DNA of 63,835 nucleotides, the filler included, from Reclinomonas americana ATCC 50394 (lineage: Eukaryota), in the NCBI GenBank assembly GCA_048213135.1. It is 12 parts of 12 records of this genome, joined end to end, with 100 filler letters (N's around TTAATTAATTAA, not from the genome) between each part and the next. Parts side by side here need not be neighbours in the genome. Positions count along the whole stretch, not along the records: positions 5,081 to 16,368 come from AFZH01016964.1; positions 16,469 to 20,874 come from AFZH01016965.1; positions 20,975 to 34,218 come from AFZH01016967.1; 9 more parts are not named here. One strand, 5' to 3'. Shown in pieces: positions 11,997 to 23,400 of this stretch; positions within the stretch are counted from its first letter, which is position 1, and each line of letters begins with the position of its first letter. The notes beneath the pieces are model-generated. The model saw nothing but the letters and a program-made list of their open reading frames with translations, was not told where the DNA came from and did not search any database. Position numbers and translations under genes: made by a program.

Positions 11997-12130
11997 CTAG
12001 CCAGGCTCAGCAGCGATCGCAGTTTCCTGTCAATGTGAAAAACCAAATGAGTGTGACTGATGCACATGTCTCACACACTCAAAAAACTTACCCCGAGCAG
12101 CCACGGCAACGGGATGTACGCCCTCAACAT
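11997..12130 (-). promoter_or_regulatory. Spliced upstream ORF in the SAMDC 5' leader, MLRAYIPLPWLLGETAIAAEPG* (22 aa)
   Basis: ATG at 12130; 65-nt GTAAGT..ACAG intron at 12091-12027 in phase 0; TAG at 11999-11997, 113 nt upstream of the main ATG. Confidence 0.7.
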
Positions 12131-12878
12131 ACAATGATGGGAGGGCGGAGAGAGTGAGCGCGTGTGCGTAGAGGGAGGAGTGTTTGTGTTTGTGTGTTTT
12201 TTGCACACAACACACACACAAACGAGGGATGGGGGGAGGGTGGCACGACTCGCAGAGATCGGCACGAGGAGGTGAGAGAGGTGGGTGGGGGAGAGAGGAA
12301 GCGCGTGGTGCGCTCACGCGCGGGAATAGAGAAAGTTTTGGAGGACAAGTGGGACACATTGAAGTGATTGTTGCTGACGCTCAATTGTCGTGGCTTTTGC
12401 GCAGCACGCGACAGGATTTCCTCTGCATTGGAGCAAACGAATTCTTGAGCAATTTTACTTCACAGTAGGCGGTCGCCAGCAAATGTTGCTGTTCTTCCAC
12501 CTCCACATCATCGACGCCGTCAAACAAAACTTCATTCACCACATTCCAATAATGCGACAAATGTCCACAAATCCCTTGCCGACGATGACCATTGGCACAA
12601 ATGAGAAAAGAAGCACCGCGCCAGTGTCTCACGGCATGAGATAGAGAGAAGCTGCCGCTACTTGTATTGCAGCACTTCGCAGAGAAAGGGACGAGCTGTG
12701 GGGAAAAAGAAACAAAGCAATCCTTCCAAGCCGTCACAACCGTTTCCTCCTTCGTACTTGACATCGCAGCTCCCATCCGTCGCCTCCCCCGCTGCACTTT
12801 CGCCTCACAAAACACCTGCTCGCCATGCGCTGCCCCTCGTACATCCGTCACCTTCCCCTCTTTTACCCCTTTTCCCCT

Positions 12879-13946
12879 TCACCTCCTTTTCCCCTCCTTG
12901 CCCCACACCACCACCTCCGCCTCCTCCACCACAAAACACCTCATCACCACCTCCACCAAGCACCACCTCTCATTGTCCTCCGGCTGCATCTCGCGCACCG
13001 CCCGCGCCGCCGCCCTCGCACACTCCAGCTCATACCTCGCCGCGCCACACGGCTCACACCACACCCGCACACACGCATCGGCGCTCCCGCTTACCACAAA
13101 CCGCCCATCGGGCGACACCGCCACGGCCCACACAGCCCCCGAACCCTCCTCCTTCAACCGACACAGCTCCTCGCCCGTCGCCAACGACCACACGCGCACC
13201 GTTCCACTCATGTCGGCACTCACCACGCGCTCACTGTCGCCCGTGACCGCGACCGCCACCACCTCCCCCGCCGCCTCCATGCGCCACACCAGCGCACCAT
13301 CACCCTCCATTGCAAACACGAGCACCGTGCGATCGCCGGCACTGACCACATACCGCGCATCCGCGGACACCGCCACCGCCTTGACGTGCGCCGTATGGAA
13401 GCCGCCCAGCCACCTCACCGCGCACCCTCGCTCCATTGACCACACGCACACGGCCATGTCTCGACTGCCGCTCACCACGTGCCGCCCGTCGCGCGAGACC
13501 GCCACACACGTCACTCCGTAGAGGTGTTGTCCGCGCAGCTGCAGCACCTCGGCGCCACTGGCCAGCAGCCACACGCGCACAGTCGTGTCCAGACTGCCGC
13601 TCACCACGTGTCGCCCCGAGGGAGTGAAGGCCACGGCGTGCACTGCACGTGTGTGTCCCTCCATGCGCTGCACCAGCTCGCCTTTTCCAGCCAGAGACCA
13701 CACGCACACAGAGGCGTCTTGTGCGCCACTGGCCACGAGGTTGCTGTCGGTGGGCGAGGTGGCGAGGGCGAGCACGGCGGTGGAGTGGGCTGTCCAGCGG
13801 AGAGGTGCTTCTTTGCGGCGGAGAGGAAGGAGAGGCCACACGCGGAGAGAGTGGTCGGCGCCGCCGGAGATGATGTGGTGGGCGTCGGCGGAGATGGCGA
13901 TGGCGTAGATGGAGCGGGAGTGGCCTTCGAGGCGGGAGAGGGACAT
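12879..13946 (-). CDS. Intronless WD40-repeat protein (~355 aa) with a C-terminal tail shared with 26530-27594
   Basis: About seven repeats such as LEGHSRSIYAIAISADAHHIISGGADHSLRVW and MEGHTRAVHAVAFTPSGRHVVSGSLDTTVRVW. ATG at 13946. Confidence 0.9.
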   Translation of the reverse strand: MSLSRLEGHSRSIYAIAISADAHHIISGGADHSLRVWPLLPLRRKEAPLRWTAHSTAVLALATSPTDSNLVASGAQDASVCVWSLAGKGELVQRMEGHTRAVHAVAFTPSGRHVVSGSLDTTVRVWLLASGAEVLQLRGQHLYGVTCVAVSRDGRHVVSGSRDMAVCVWSMERGCAVRWLGGFHTAHVKAVAVSADARYVVSAGDRTVLVFAMEGDGALVWRMEAAGEVVAVAVTGDSERVVSADMSGTVRVWSLATGEELCRLKEEGSGAVWAVAVSPDGRFVVSGSADACVRVWCEPCGAARYELECARAAARAVREMQPEDNERWCLVEVVMRCFVVEEAEVVVWGKEGKRR

Positions 13947-14062
13947 GTGGGGAGGGGGAAGGGGGATGAAGGGCAAAGTTGGCCAAAGTTGAGAATTGCA
14001 AGTGTGGGACGGAGTGGACGTGGGACAAGGCGCAGTGGTGAGTCTCTCTTTCTTTCTTTCTT

Positions 14063-14100
<38 letters not shown>

Positions 14101-14512
14101 CCGGTGTCGGTGACGGCGAGATAAGCGCGCGAAAAATGCACTCGAATTCGTTCTCTCGGACTCCAAGCACTTTCTGCTCCTCGTAAGAGAGTGTGGAATT
14201 CACAAGTAGAAAGCAGCTCGCAACGAACAAGCAAGAGCTGCCTGGGTAGCCAAGTCAAGCAAGATCCAACACGTCAGCGCAAACACCAGCTGCACAATTG
14301 CGGGCTGTGTTCGAATTCGAATTCGCGCTCGGAGCTTCAAGAGAAACGCTTTTCGCGTGGGCGCAAGCTGATGTGTAGAGAAAGCGACGCCAATTACGTA
14401 TGAATTTACAAAAACGCAAGTACCTGAAGAGACCACTTGTGCAAGAAAGCGCGCGAAACATGCATCGATTTCAGGCGATTTGCGAGAAAAGACCACACTC
14501 TTTTGTTGTGAC

Positions 14513-15128
14513 ATGGAGGCGCTCTCCTCGCGTGCGAGTGAGTGGATGGGACGAATGGGTGTGGGTGGTGGTGCGCAGGGCGAGCAGGCGCGCAGTGAGG
14601 CGGAAGTGCGGGGAGTGTGTCGCGGGAATGCGCAGCGAGTGTGGGAGTTTTTGGTGCGAAGGGTGCACCCGGAGAGGTGAGTCGAAGGAGAAGGATGGGA
14701 AAGGGGAAGAAGAAGGAGAAGGGGAAGAAGAAGGGAAGAGATTTGAGAGAGGGGAGAGAGAGAGAGAGTTGGAGTGTGTGAGGTGCGTCTTCATCTCTCT
14801 CCCACTCTGTCTCTCTTTCAGAGCCCAGCAAAGAAGAGAAGAGTAGAGAAGCTGTCACCCTCACTCTGTCACTCACTCTCTTCTGCCTCTGTCTTTCAAT
14901 GTCTCTCTCTCTCTCTCTCTCTCTCTAGACTGAGAGGTGGAAGCAGACAGAGAAGAGACGCCTCTTGCTGTCTCTCTCTTGTTGCTTGTCTCTCTCTCTC
15001 ACACACAGTCTGTGTCTCTCTCTCTCTCGCGGTCTGTGTCTCTGTCTCTGGAGAGCGGGGCAGACAGAGAGCTCTCACTGTCTCTCTCCCTCTCTTGATC
15101 TCTCTCCATCTGTCTCTCTCTTTCTCTC

Positions 15129-15159
<31 letters not shown>

Positions 15160-18100
15160 AGATCTCTTTCTCTCCCTCACTCGCAGTCTCTTTGTCACTC
15201 AGCGTTATTCTGTCTTCTGTCACTCAGTGCCTTCTTCTCCCTGTGGTTCTCACCATTTCTGTCTCCCCTTCTGTCTGTCTCTCACTCATTCACGAGGCAC
15301 AGGAGGTCTCTTCTCTTTGCTCATTCTCTTGAGTTGTCAACTGCCTCACCCCACTCTCGGCTATCTCCCTCCCTCTTGCTCACTTTCCCTCCCCATCACA
15401 GCCACGTTCAAAAAGTCCGCGGCAATCTCGAACTGTTACGCGCCACCCCGCTTCTTCCCTTCACTCTCCTCTCCCTCTCGCCCACTTCTCCTCTCCCCGA
15501 CAGCAACCAAGACCGCGATCTCACCCCCGAGCTGTCCTCGCTGCTGGCCCGCCGCAACGCCCTTCGCGATCAGGTCGCCGAGGCGCGCCAAAACACCGGG
15601 CGTCTGCGCAACGAGCTGGCCACGCTGCGACACGACCTGCTGAGCGTTGGTGCGCGCGCACACGTCTGCTGTTGTATGTGCTGCGTGCCTTGTCGCTCAC
15701 AATGTGGGGCAGAGCGCGATGTTGGCAACAAGCGCAGCGAGGATCGCGATGGGCATGTGGCCACGGCGCTGCTGGGTGCGTATGCGCAGCGGTGTGCGGA
15801 GAAGATGGCCGTGTTGCAGGAGTATGCGAGGCGTATTCAGCAGTTGCGTGAGGGGGAAAGGCGCGGAAGGGGGGTACACAGTGAAATGGCCTTCTTAGCC
15901 GCTCACTTCTTGCGCTGTTGCCTTTTTTGTGCGACGTCCGACCGCTTGCTGCGTCTGCAGTTTGCATCCGCTTGTCATTCTTTCTCTCGTCGTTCTCCCT
16001 GCATCACGAAACACACTCACCCTCTTCGTCTCTTGCTTATTCTCTCTCTCTCTCTCACTCTCTCTTCGTCTCTTTCTCTCTCGCTTGAAGCGCAACGAGA
16101 AGGCATTCTTGATCGCTCGCCTCTCACTCATTCTCTTTACTCAGGCGCACACTATTGCATCTCCGTCCTCTTCAATTCTCTCTTCTACGTTGTGCATCCA
16201 ATCGCCTGCAGTGCGAAGTGAGCTCTGACTTCGTCTCGGCGCCTGGAATTCTTCTCTCATTCGTCTCATTGCATCGCACTCCTCGAGGCTTTCTACTTTT
16301 CTCGCTAGTCTTTCGACAGGTATGCTTTCCGCCCGCTGCACCGTTAACAATTGTATTCTCCTTCTCTCNNNNNNNNNNNNNNNNNNNNNNNNNNNNNNNN
16401 NNNNNNNNNNNNTTAATTAATTAANNNNNNNNNNNNNNNNNNNNNNNNNNNNNNNNNNNNNNNNNNNNTCTCTCTCCCCTTCTCTCTCTCACCCTCCTCT
16501 CTTCCTCTCTCTCACTTGTTCGCTCGCTCTGCCCACAGGCGAACCACGCACGTCAAGCGCAGTGAGCGCAGTCTGCGGCCTGTGGATGATGCGGTGAGTG
16601 GCTTGATGCAGCCAGTCAACGATGCTTCTTTGTACTGACCCGCATGGACAGGCCACACTCCGATCCGCCGAGTTGTCTCGTCGCGTAGGCTCTCTGTGCG
16701 AAGAGATGCGACAGCTGGTGGAGAGCGAGTTGTACAGGGAGAGTGGGGAGCCGAGTTGCGTGAATGGAAGAAGTGGAGGCCACATCGTTTTGAGATGATT
16801 CGCGCCTCTCTCACTCCACCCCGACACGATGCTTCTCTCTCACACTCTAAACTCTGGCACAAGCTCATTTCTTCCCTCTTCTCCCCTAATCCTCCCCTCT
16901 TCCCCTTCACCTTCCCCTTCCCCACAGCCACCGACACGGCCCTCGTCGACACCATTCGCTCGCGCATCGCCCAAACCGAGTGCATGCCCGAGGAGCTGCT
17001 GCAGGCGCTGTGCACCGTCGTCAAGTCCGCCACGCAATCTCTGGCCGAGGACACCGACAAGATGGACCTGTCGCGCGATGCCGAGGAGCTGAGGTCAGTG
17101 AAAGGAGAGGAGATGAGAAGGTGATGTGAGACGGACGACTGAAGAATCATGCACGCAGGAAGCAACATGAGGACCGCGGTGAACTGAAGAGCGTGGGCGA
17201 TCTCATTGAGGAGATGCGCTCCACCCACGTGCAGACTTTCGTCGACGGAGAACAGTGCGTGCATCTTGTCGTTGATTGATCGTTTGACTGCTGACTCACA
17301 TTCCACCTCTCAGTGATCGCAACAAGGCCACGGCGCTGTCATCGCGCATCACCAGCTTGTGGTCGCAGTATCATCACGACGTGGTGGTGCGCCTCGAGCG
17401 CGATACGGATCCGTCGGACCTGCTGTTTGACTCGGCGCTCAAGTTGCGTGGCAAGGGCAAGCGAATGAGGGACGAGTGTTGATGTTTGTAAATGCAGGTT
17501 GCTGGAGGAGCGCGAGGCCGCACGATTGCAGTGTGCGCAGGTGGAGGCCGAGGCACATGCGCTGCGCGAGTGGTACGATCGTCTGCGAGCGAAGCGGTGA
17601 GTGGGTGGCGTGGTCTCGCGACTGGCATTCTGCTTGCTCACGAATGCACAGTGATGCTCTGTCCTCGCGCGTGGACGGCCTGCAAGCGCAGCTCGACGCG
17701 ATTCAGGATACGGAGCGCACGCGCGCCGATACGCAGCGCACGATTGCGGCGCTCACTGAGAAGAACATGCAGGCGCGCATGCAGTTGGCGGGCTTGCGGG
17801 AGGTGAGAAGGGGGAAAGGGGGCACAGGGGAAGGGGAGAGAGAGAGAGAGAAAGGCAAAGGAGAAAGAGCAGAAGCAGCTGCACGAATAGGAGAAGGGAG
17901 TGCAGGAGCAGAAGGCAGCAGGAGCAGCAGAAGGAACTGGACAAGGAGCACGAGCCAGAAGCACGAACACGATCAGCAGCACAAGCAGAAACAACTACAG
18001 GAACGGAGAGGGAGCAGATACAGGTGCAGAAGAAGGAGCAGGATAATGTGCACGAACAGGAGCCAGTGCAGGAGCAAGGAATAGGAGCAGGAGCACGAGC

Positions 18101-19737
18101 ACGAGCAGGAGCACGACCAGGATACCAGCAGAAACAGCAGCAGAAACAAGAGAAGGAGCAAGTGCAGGAGCAGAAGAATGAGCAGGATCATGTGCAATGC
18201 AGGAGCACGAGCCAGAAGCACGAACACGATCAGTAGCACAAGCAGAAACAACTACAGGAACGGAGAGGGAGCAGGTACAGATGCAGAAGAAGGAGCAGGA
18301 TAATGTGCACGAACAGGACCATGTGCAGGAGCAGAAGAATGAGCAGGATCATGTGCAAGTGCAGGAGCACGAGAAAGAGCACGATCACGAGCAGGAGCGC
18401 AATCAAGTACATCAGCAGGAATAGGTGACGGTGCCTTGGAAAGAAACAGATCAAGACAAGGAACAGAAGAGAATCGAAGGAGAAGGATGGAAAGGAAGAA
18501 ACAGAGAGAGGTTCTGGGAGTGGAAAAGACAGCACAACGCATTCAGCGACTCAGCGATGCAAGGAACAGAATGTCGGCAGTGCTGACGCCCCTGTTCTCT
18601 GTTCTTCTCCTGCACCTCAGTGAGATAGAGAGAGATATAGAGTGATACCTTCTCTTTCTGAGAGAAAAGAAAAATCTCTTCCTCCCTTCTCCTTTATCCC
18701 TTCTGACGCGCAGTGCTTCTTCTGTGCATAACATGCGCACGTGTCTGTTCCAGTGTTGTTCCTTCTCTTGATCACGTTGTTGTCTTTGTTCTTATCCCTG
18801 CCCCTGCTCCTTCTCCTTCTTGTGATCCTCACTCCCTTCCCCTTACCCGCCCTCAGAAAATCCAACGCTACCTGGAGGCCAAGCTGGTCATCTTCCGCCA
18901 CAGCCTCAGCGACGACGCCGGCTCGCTGCATGGCTCGCTCGTGCAGGAGAGCGCGGCTTTTGCACGGCTCGACATGCGGCAGTTGTGCCATGCGTTGCCG
19001 TTGGGTGGTCAGGGCACGGCTGTGGAGGTTTGTCCACCCTTCCCTCCCTTTCCATCCTCTCCTTTCGCTTCCCTTTTCCACCCTCCCTCTCCTTCCTTCC
19101 CTTTCCCTCCCTCTCCCTCACCGCCCTCTTTTCCCGTTTCAGTCCACCACCACCGCCGCCACCACCCCGCTCGTCTCCGACCTGGTGATCTCGCGCCTGG
19201 CCACCCCGGACGAGCACACCGCCGACCTCATCCGCGCCACGCGCTTCCGTGATCACGCGTCCGCCGACTTGCTGTTGCCGCACCTGGCGCAATTTGCGCG
19301 CGAGGAGCGTGCACTAGAGAGCCAACTGAGCGCCGAGCAGGCGGTGCTCGAGCGCCTGCTGCATGATCGCTCGCGTGCGGACTTTTCCAGCGAACACGTG
19401 CAAGGTCTTACTTTTTCTCCAGTCTTCGCACACTCCTCCACCCTCCTCCTTCTCACACACCTGAGCAGAGCTGGTGCACGAAGCACGCACATCACTCGGT
19501 TCTGCCGAGGCGGCGTGGATGAAGCAGCTGAGCGACACGCTCGATCACTCCGAGTCGGCGGTCAACGACGCCACGCTCGTGCGCGCCATTGCCGAGGAGT
19601 GGTGGGAGCAGCCGGCGCAATTCTGCTGCAACTGGGTCAAGGCGCACAATGTCACGTACCCGGAGGCGGTGGAGCGGTACCGCACGTTGGTGATGCAGTT
19701 GCAGGAGTCGCGGGCGGCGTCGGCCAGCAGGCGGTGA
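14513..19737 (+). CDS. HAUS5: HAUS augmin-like complex subunit 5 (multi-exon; exon structure between 15848 and 16538 unresolved because of a gap)
   Basis: N-terminal VCRGNAQRVWEFLVRRVHPESHVQKVRGNL and C-terminal EEWWEQPAQFCCNWV match HAUS5/AUG5 signature segments. The middle is coiled-coil. Stop at 19735-19737. Confidence 0.85.
17945..18420 (+). repeat. Intronic ~255-nt tandem duplication built from GCAGGA/GAGCAC-type units (HAUS5 intron)
   Basis: ggagcacgagccagaagcacgaacacgatcag..acaagcagaaacaactacaggaacggagagggagcag occurs at ~17945 and ~18202. Confidence 0.8.
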
Positions 19738-20425
19738 CGTGGGGGGAAGGGAATGAAAGGGAAAGGAATGGGCAAGGGGGGAAGAGGGAATGGATGGGGT
19801 AAGGGAGGCAGGCCAGAGTAAGGAGGGAAGGGAAGGGGGTGGAAGAAGAAACGAGAGTGGAGGAGGGAGGATTGAGGAAACCTGGCGAAAAGGAGACAGT
19901 GCGGAGAGAGTAGCGAGGAGGCAAGGGTCACGTCTGCCAGGATAAATGCGAGTGTTGGTGCAAATAGCGAAGTGGAAAGGACTAAATGATAGAAGAAGAC
20001 ATTCAGGGGAAGACATGCTGGCCTCATCCATAGAAATCAGCGACTTGGCAGTTGAGAGGGTAAGGCATTCAAGGTCTGATGGAGGAAGAGTGCAGAGCGG
20101 AAAGTCGACGAGCAGCGCACACGAAGACTGCGTCTGGATTCATCATCTGCGGCAGCCAGTGGCCGATGTGGGGTAAGGAAAAGTACGCGACAGAGGAATC
20201 GAAAGCGAGTTCTTATGTGAAAGAGAACGAAACAAACAAAGGAAGAATGAAACGAGGAGTTCGAGAAATAAGAGAGAGAAAGAGTGCTCGCATCAAACAA
20301 CAACGAGGTGAAACGAGGACGGCACACCAGCTTACTGTCGCCAAAAGGGAAGACAGCGTCTTCATTCGATTCTCGTCGCCACACAGAAAAAGAGTAAAAG
20401 GAGATGCATGCCGTCAGTGAGCGTG

Positions 20426-23400
20426 TCACCTGGTGACGAAGCCGTCGAGCTCGTCGTGCAGTCTTGCTCTCTTCTGCGGTGAGCTGCCGTCGTCCCCATT
20501 CACCACCATTGACGTCGACCCCTCAGCCGCCGACAGGGTTCGTTTCGGGGCCACACCTGCGCAGTGGTCAGCTTCTGTCGATGCGCGATGCAACACCGTG
20601 AATTACACACCTTGTGGTTTCCGGTGTGGGAACTGCAGAGGAGCAGAGGCACGTGCCACGACTGGTCTCACCTGTGGAGGGAGAGGAGTGAGAAACAAGA
20701 AAGGGTGGTGGGGATGAGAGAGAGTAGAACCAAATACACTTTTTCCTAGCACAAGCTGATGTCTGTCTCTTCTTTCTCTTACTTACACATACTGTCTCCT
20801 CACACCTTTGTGCTCTCTCTCCTCTTTCTCTCGCTCTCTCTCCTCAGTCTCTCATCTCTGTCCTCTTGCTCTTANNNNNNNNNNNNNNNNNNNNNNNNNN
20901 NNNNNNNNNNNNNNNNNNTTAATTAATTAANNNNNNNNNNNNNNNNNNNNNNNNNNNNNNNNNNNNNNNNNNNNTCTCGTGTCTCTCTCTCTCTCTCTCT
21001 CTCTCTCTACACTACTACTACTACTTAACTAACTACTACCTCCCTCCCTCCCCCTCCCCCCCCCCCCCCTTCCCCCCCGCTCACCACTGGCGGCCTCGGC
21101 ACCACCGCAGGTGACGGTCGCAGCATGCTGGACGTCGGCACAGATGCATCCGCAGCACGAGCCGACGGGAACGGCAACAGAAGAGGTGCCACTGCTGCTG
21201 CTGCCGCCGACGAGGAGGAGCCGGCTTCCGGCGCCTTGCGAGTGGGGAACACGGGCGCGCGAGCCGGCGGCCGCCGCCGTGACGTCACGCGAGCGCGCAG
21301 CGAGTTGTGGTTGACTGACGATGATGACGACGACGAAGAAGAAGACGATGAGCCGGGTGATGTGCGCATAAAGCGCTTTGGTGGTGGTGGCGGCATGGCG
21401 AGCGAGGCGGGCGATGGACTGCGGCCTGCTGGCGTAGGATTCGAAGGTGCAGCAGTGATCTTCAAATCCGTGATGTCGCCGCCAGTCGAGTCCGACGATT
21501 CCGTCGAGTTGACAATCGGGCTGGCGGCAATGATAGGCGGTGGAGGAGGAGGAGGAGGCGGGGCGGCAGTGACAGTGGTGGTCACCGGGGCCGCCGGGCT
21601 CACCGTGACCGACGATTCAAAGTGGACAGGTGATTCCGCGGCTGGCATTGCCGAGTCATCGTCGTCGTCGGGTGGAGTCGAGGGGTCCGCGAGTTCACGG
21701 TGCAGGGAGGGGAGGGTGGGAATGGCGTCGTCGCCGCCCCATACGGCCAGGACGGGGGAGCGGCGGCCGCTCTGCGGTGGGGAGAAGGGTAAGAAAAGGG
21801 GAAAGGAGGAGGAGGAAAAGGGGAAGGGAGGAACGGGAGAAGGGAGGAGGGAGGAGGGAGGGAGGGAGGGAGAGAGACCTCCCCGACAACGATGCCTGCT
21901 CGCCTCGCTACAGTCATTCCTATTCTTCTTCGGCTTTGCAAAACACAGCCACAGAGACATTGACTGAGAGTGGGGGAGAAACAAGGTAGAGACACATAAA
22001 AAAAGAAGGAAAGAAATGAGAACTGGCAACGATGCCTGATCGCCGCACTCACAGCCATTCCTTCTTCGGGGGCAAAATCAGTGACATTGATTGAGAGTGA
22101 GAGGCAAAGAGGGAAGAGAAACATAACAGAGAGAAGAAAGAATGAAAGACAGACAGAGAAATAGAAAGATAGAGAATGATAAGCGGTTGTTTGCCTCCCC
22201 CTCTTTCATCGAATGACGCACGAACTGAAACTGAGAGAGGAAGACAGGCAGACGCAGCGAAATGATGAGTCAGACAGAGAGTGTGACAGTGCAGAGAGAT
22301 AGAACGTGCAAAAAAGAGAGACAGAAGGAGAGAGAATGAGACAAAGGACTGCCTGTCAACCCGTTTTGTTCGCAGTTACTCTCATTCTATCTTTTCAACA
22401 CATGCTAACCAGAGAAAGTAGAAGTCACACTGCCGAAGAGACAGAACGATTAAATGAAGGATAGAGAAAGAAAGAAAGAAAGAGAAAGAATGAGAGAAAG
22501 AGAGAAAGAACGAAAGAAAGAAAGAACGAAAGAAAGAAAGAAAGAAAGAATGAATGAAAGACAGAATGAACGAAAGAATGAAAGAAAGAGAGAAAGAAAG
22601 AACGAAAGAACGAAAGAAAGCAAGAAAGAAAGACAGACAGAAAGAGAAATAGAAGAACGAAAGAGAAAACGAAAGAATGAAAGAAAGAAAGAAAAAAAGA
22701 GACAAAAGATTGAAAAAAGAATGAAAGAAAGAAACAAAGAAACAAAGAAATAAAATGACAAAAAGAAACAAGAGAATGGCCTATCCCTCTGTCCACACCC
22801 TTGCCCCCATTCCCTATCCCTTTCCCTTTCCCCCATCTTCCCCTCATATCCCTTTCCCATACTACGCACCGCTTCACCCCACACAATAATATCCGGCGAC
22901 GATCGCCCCGACGACCCATCATCCTCCAAACTGGTCCACCGCGCCGCCGCAATCACTTGCGCCGCCGCCTGCAAAACAAGTAAGCCACCACTCTCTCTCC
23001 CCCACACACATCTTCGTCCCCTCCAAAACGCACCGCCGCCATTTGCTCCTTTTCCCGCTCGTGCTTCTCCAGCGACGTGCGCGCCTCTCGCGCCCTCTCA
23101 CCGGCCACCGCCGACTTGCGGGCGCGCGCCGGCAAGTCGCTGTGACTGTCGTCGTCGCCGCCGCCGAGCGAGCCGACGCCGGAGATCATGGACGTTGGCG
23201 ACCGGCTTCGCGAATCCTTTGGCACGTACAGTGAAAATGAAACGGCACCACCACCGCCACCACCATTCGGCACCGACGGCAAGGCAGAGAGCGCCGGCAG
23301 CAGGGGAGCGACTGAAGCACCACCACCGGAGCTCGCCTGCCCAGTGTAGTTGATGGTGTTGGGTGTGCGGAACTGGTTCGACTTGGCCGTGGGCCGCGGA

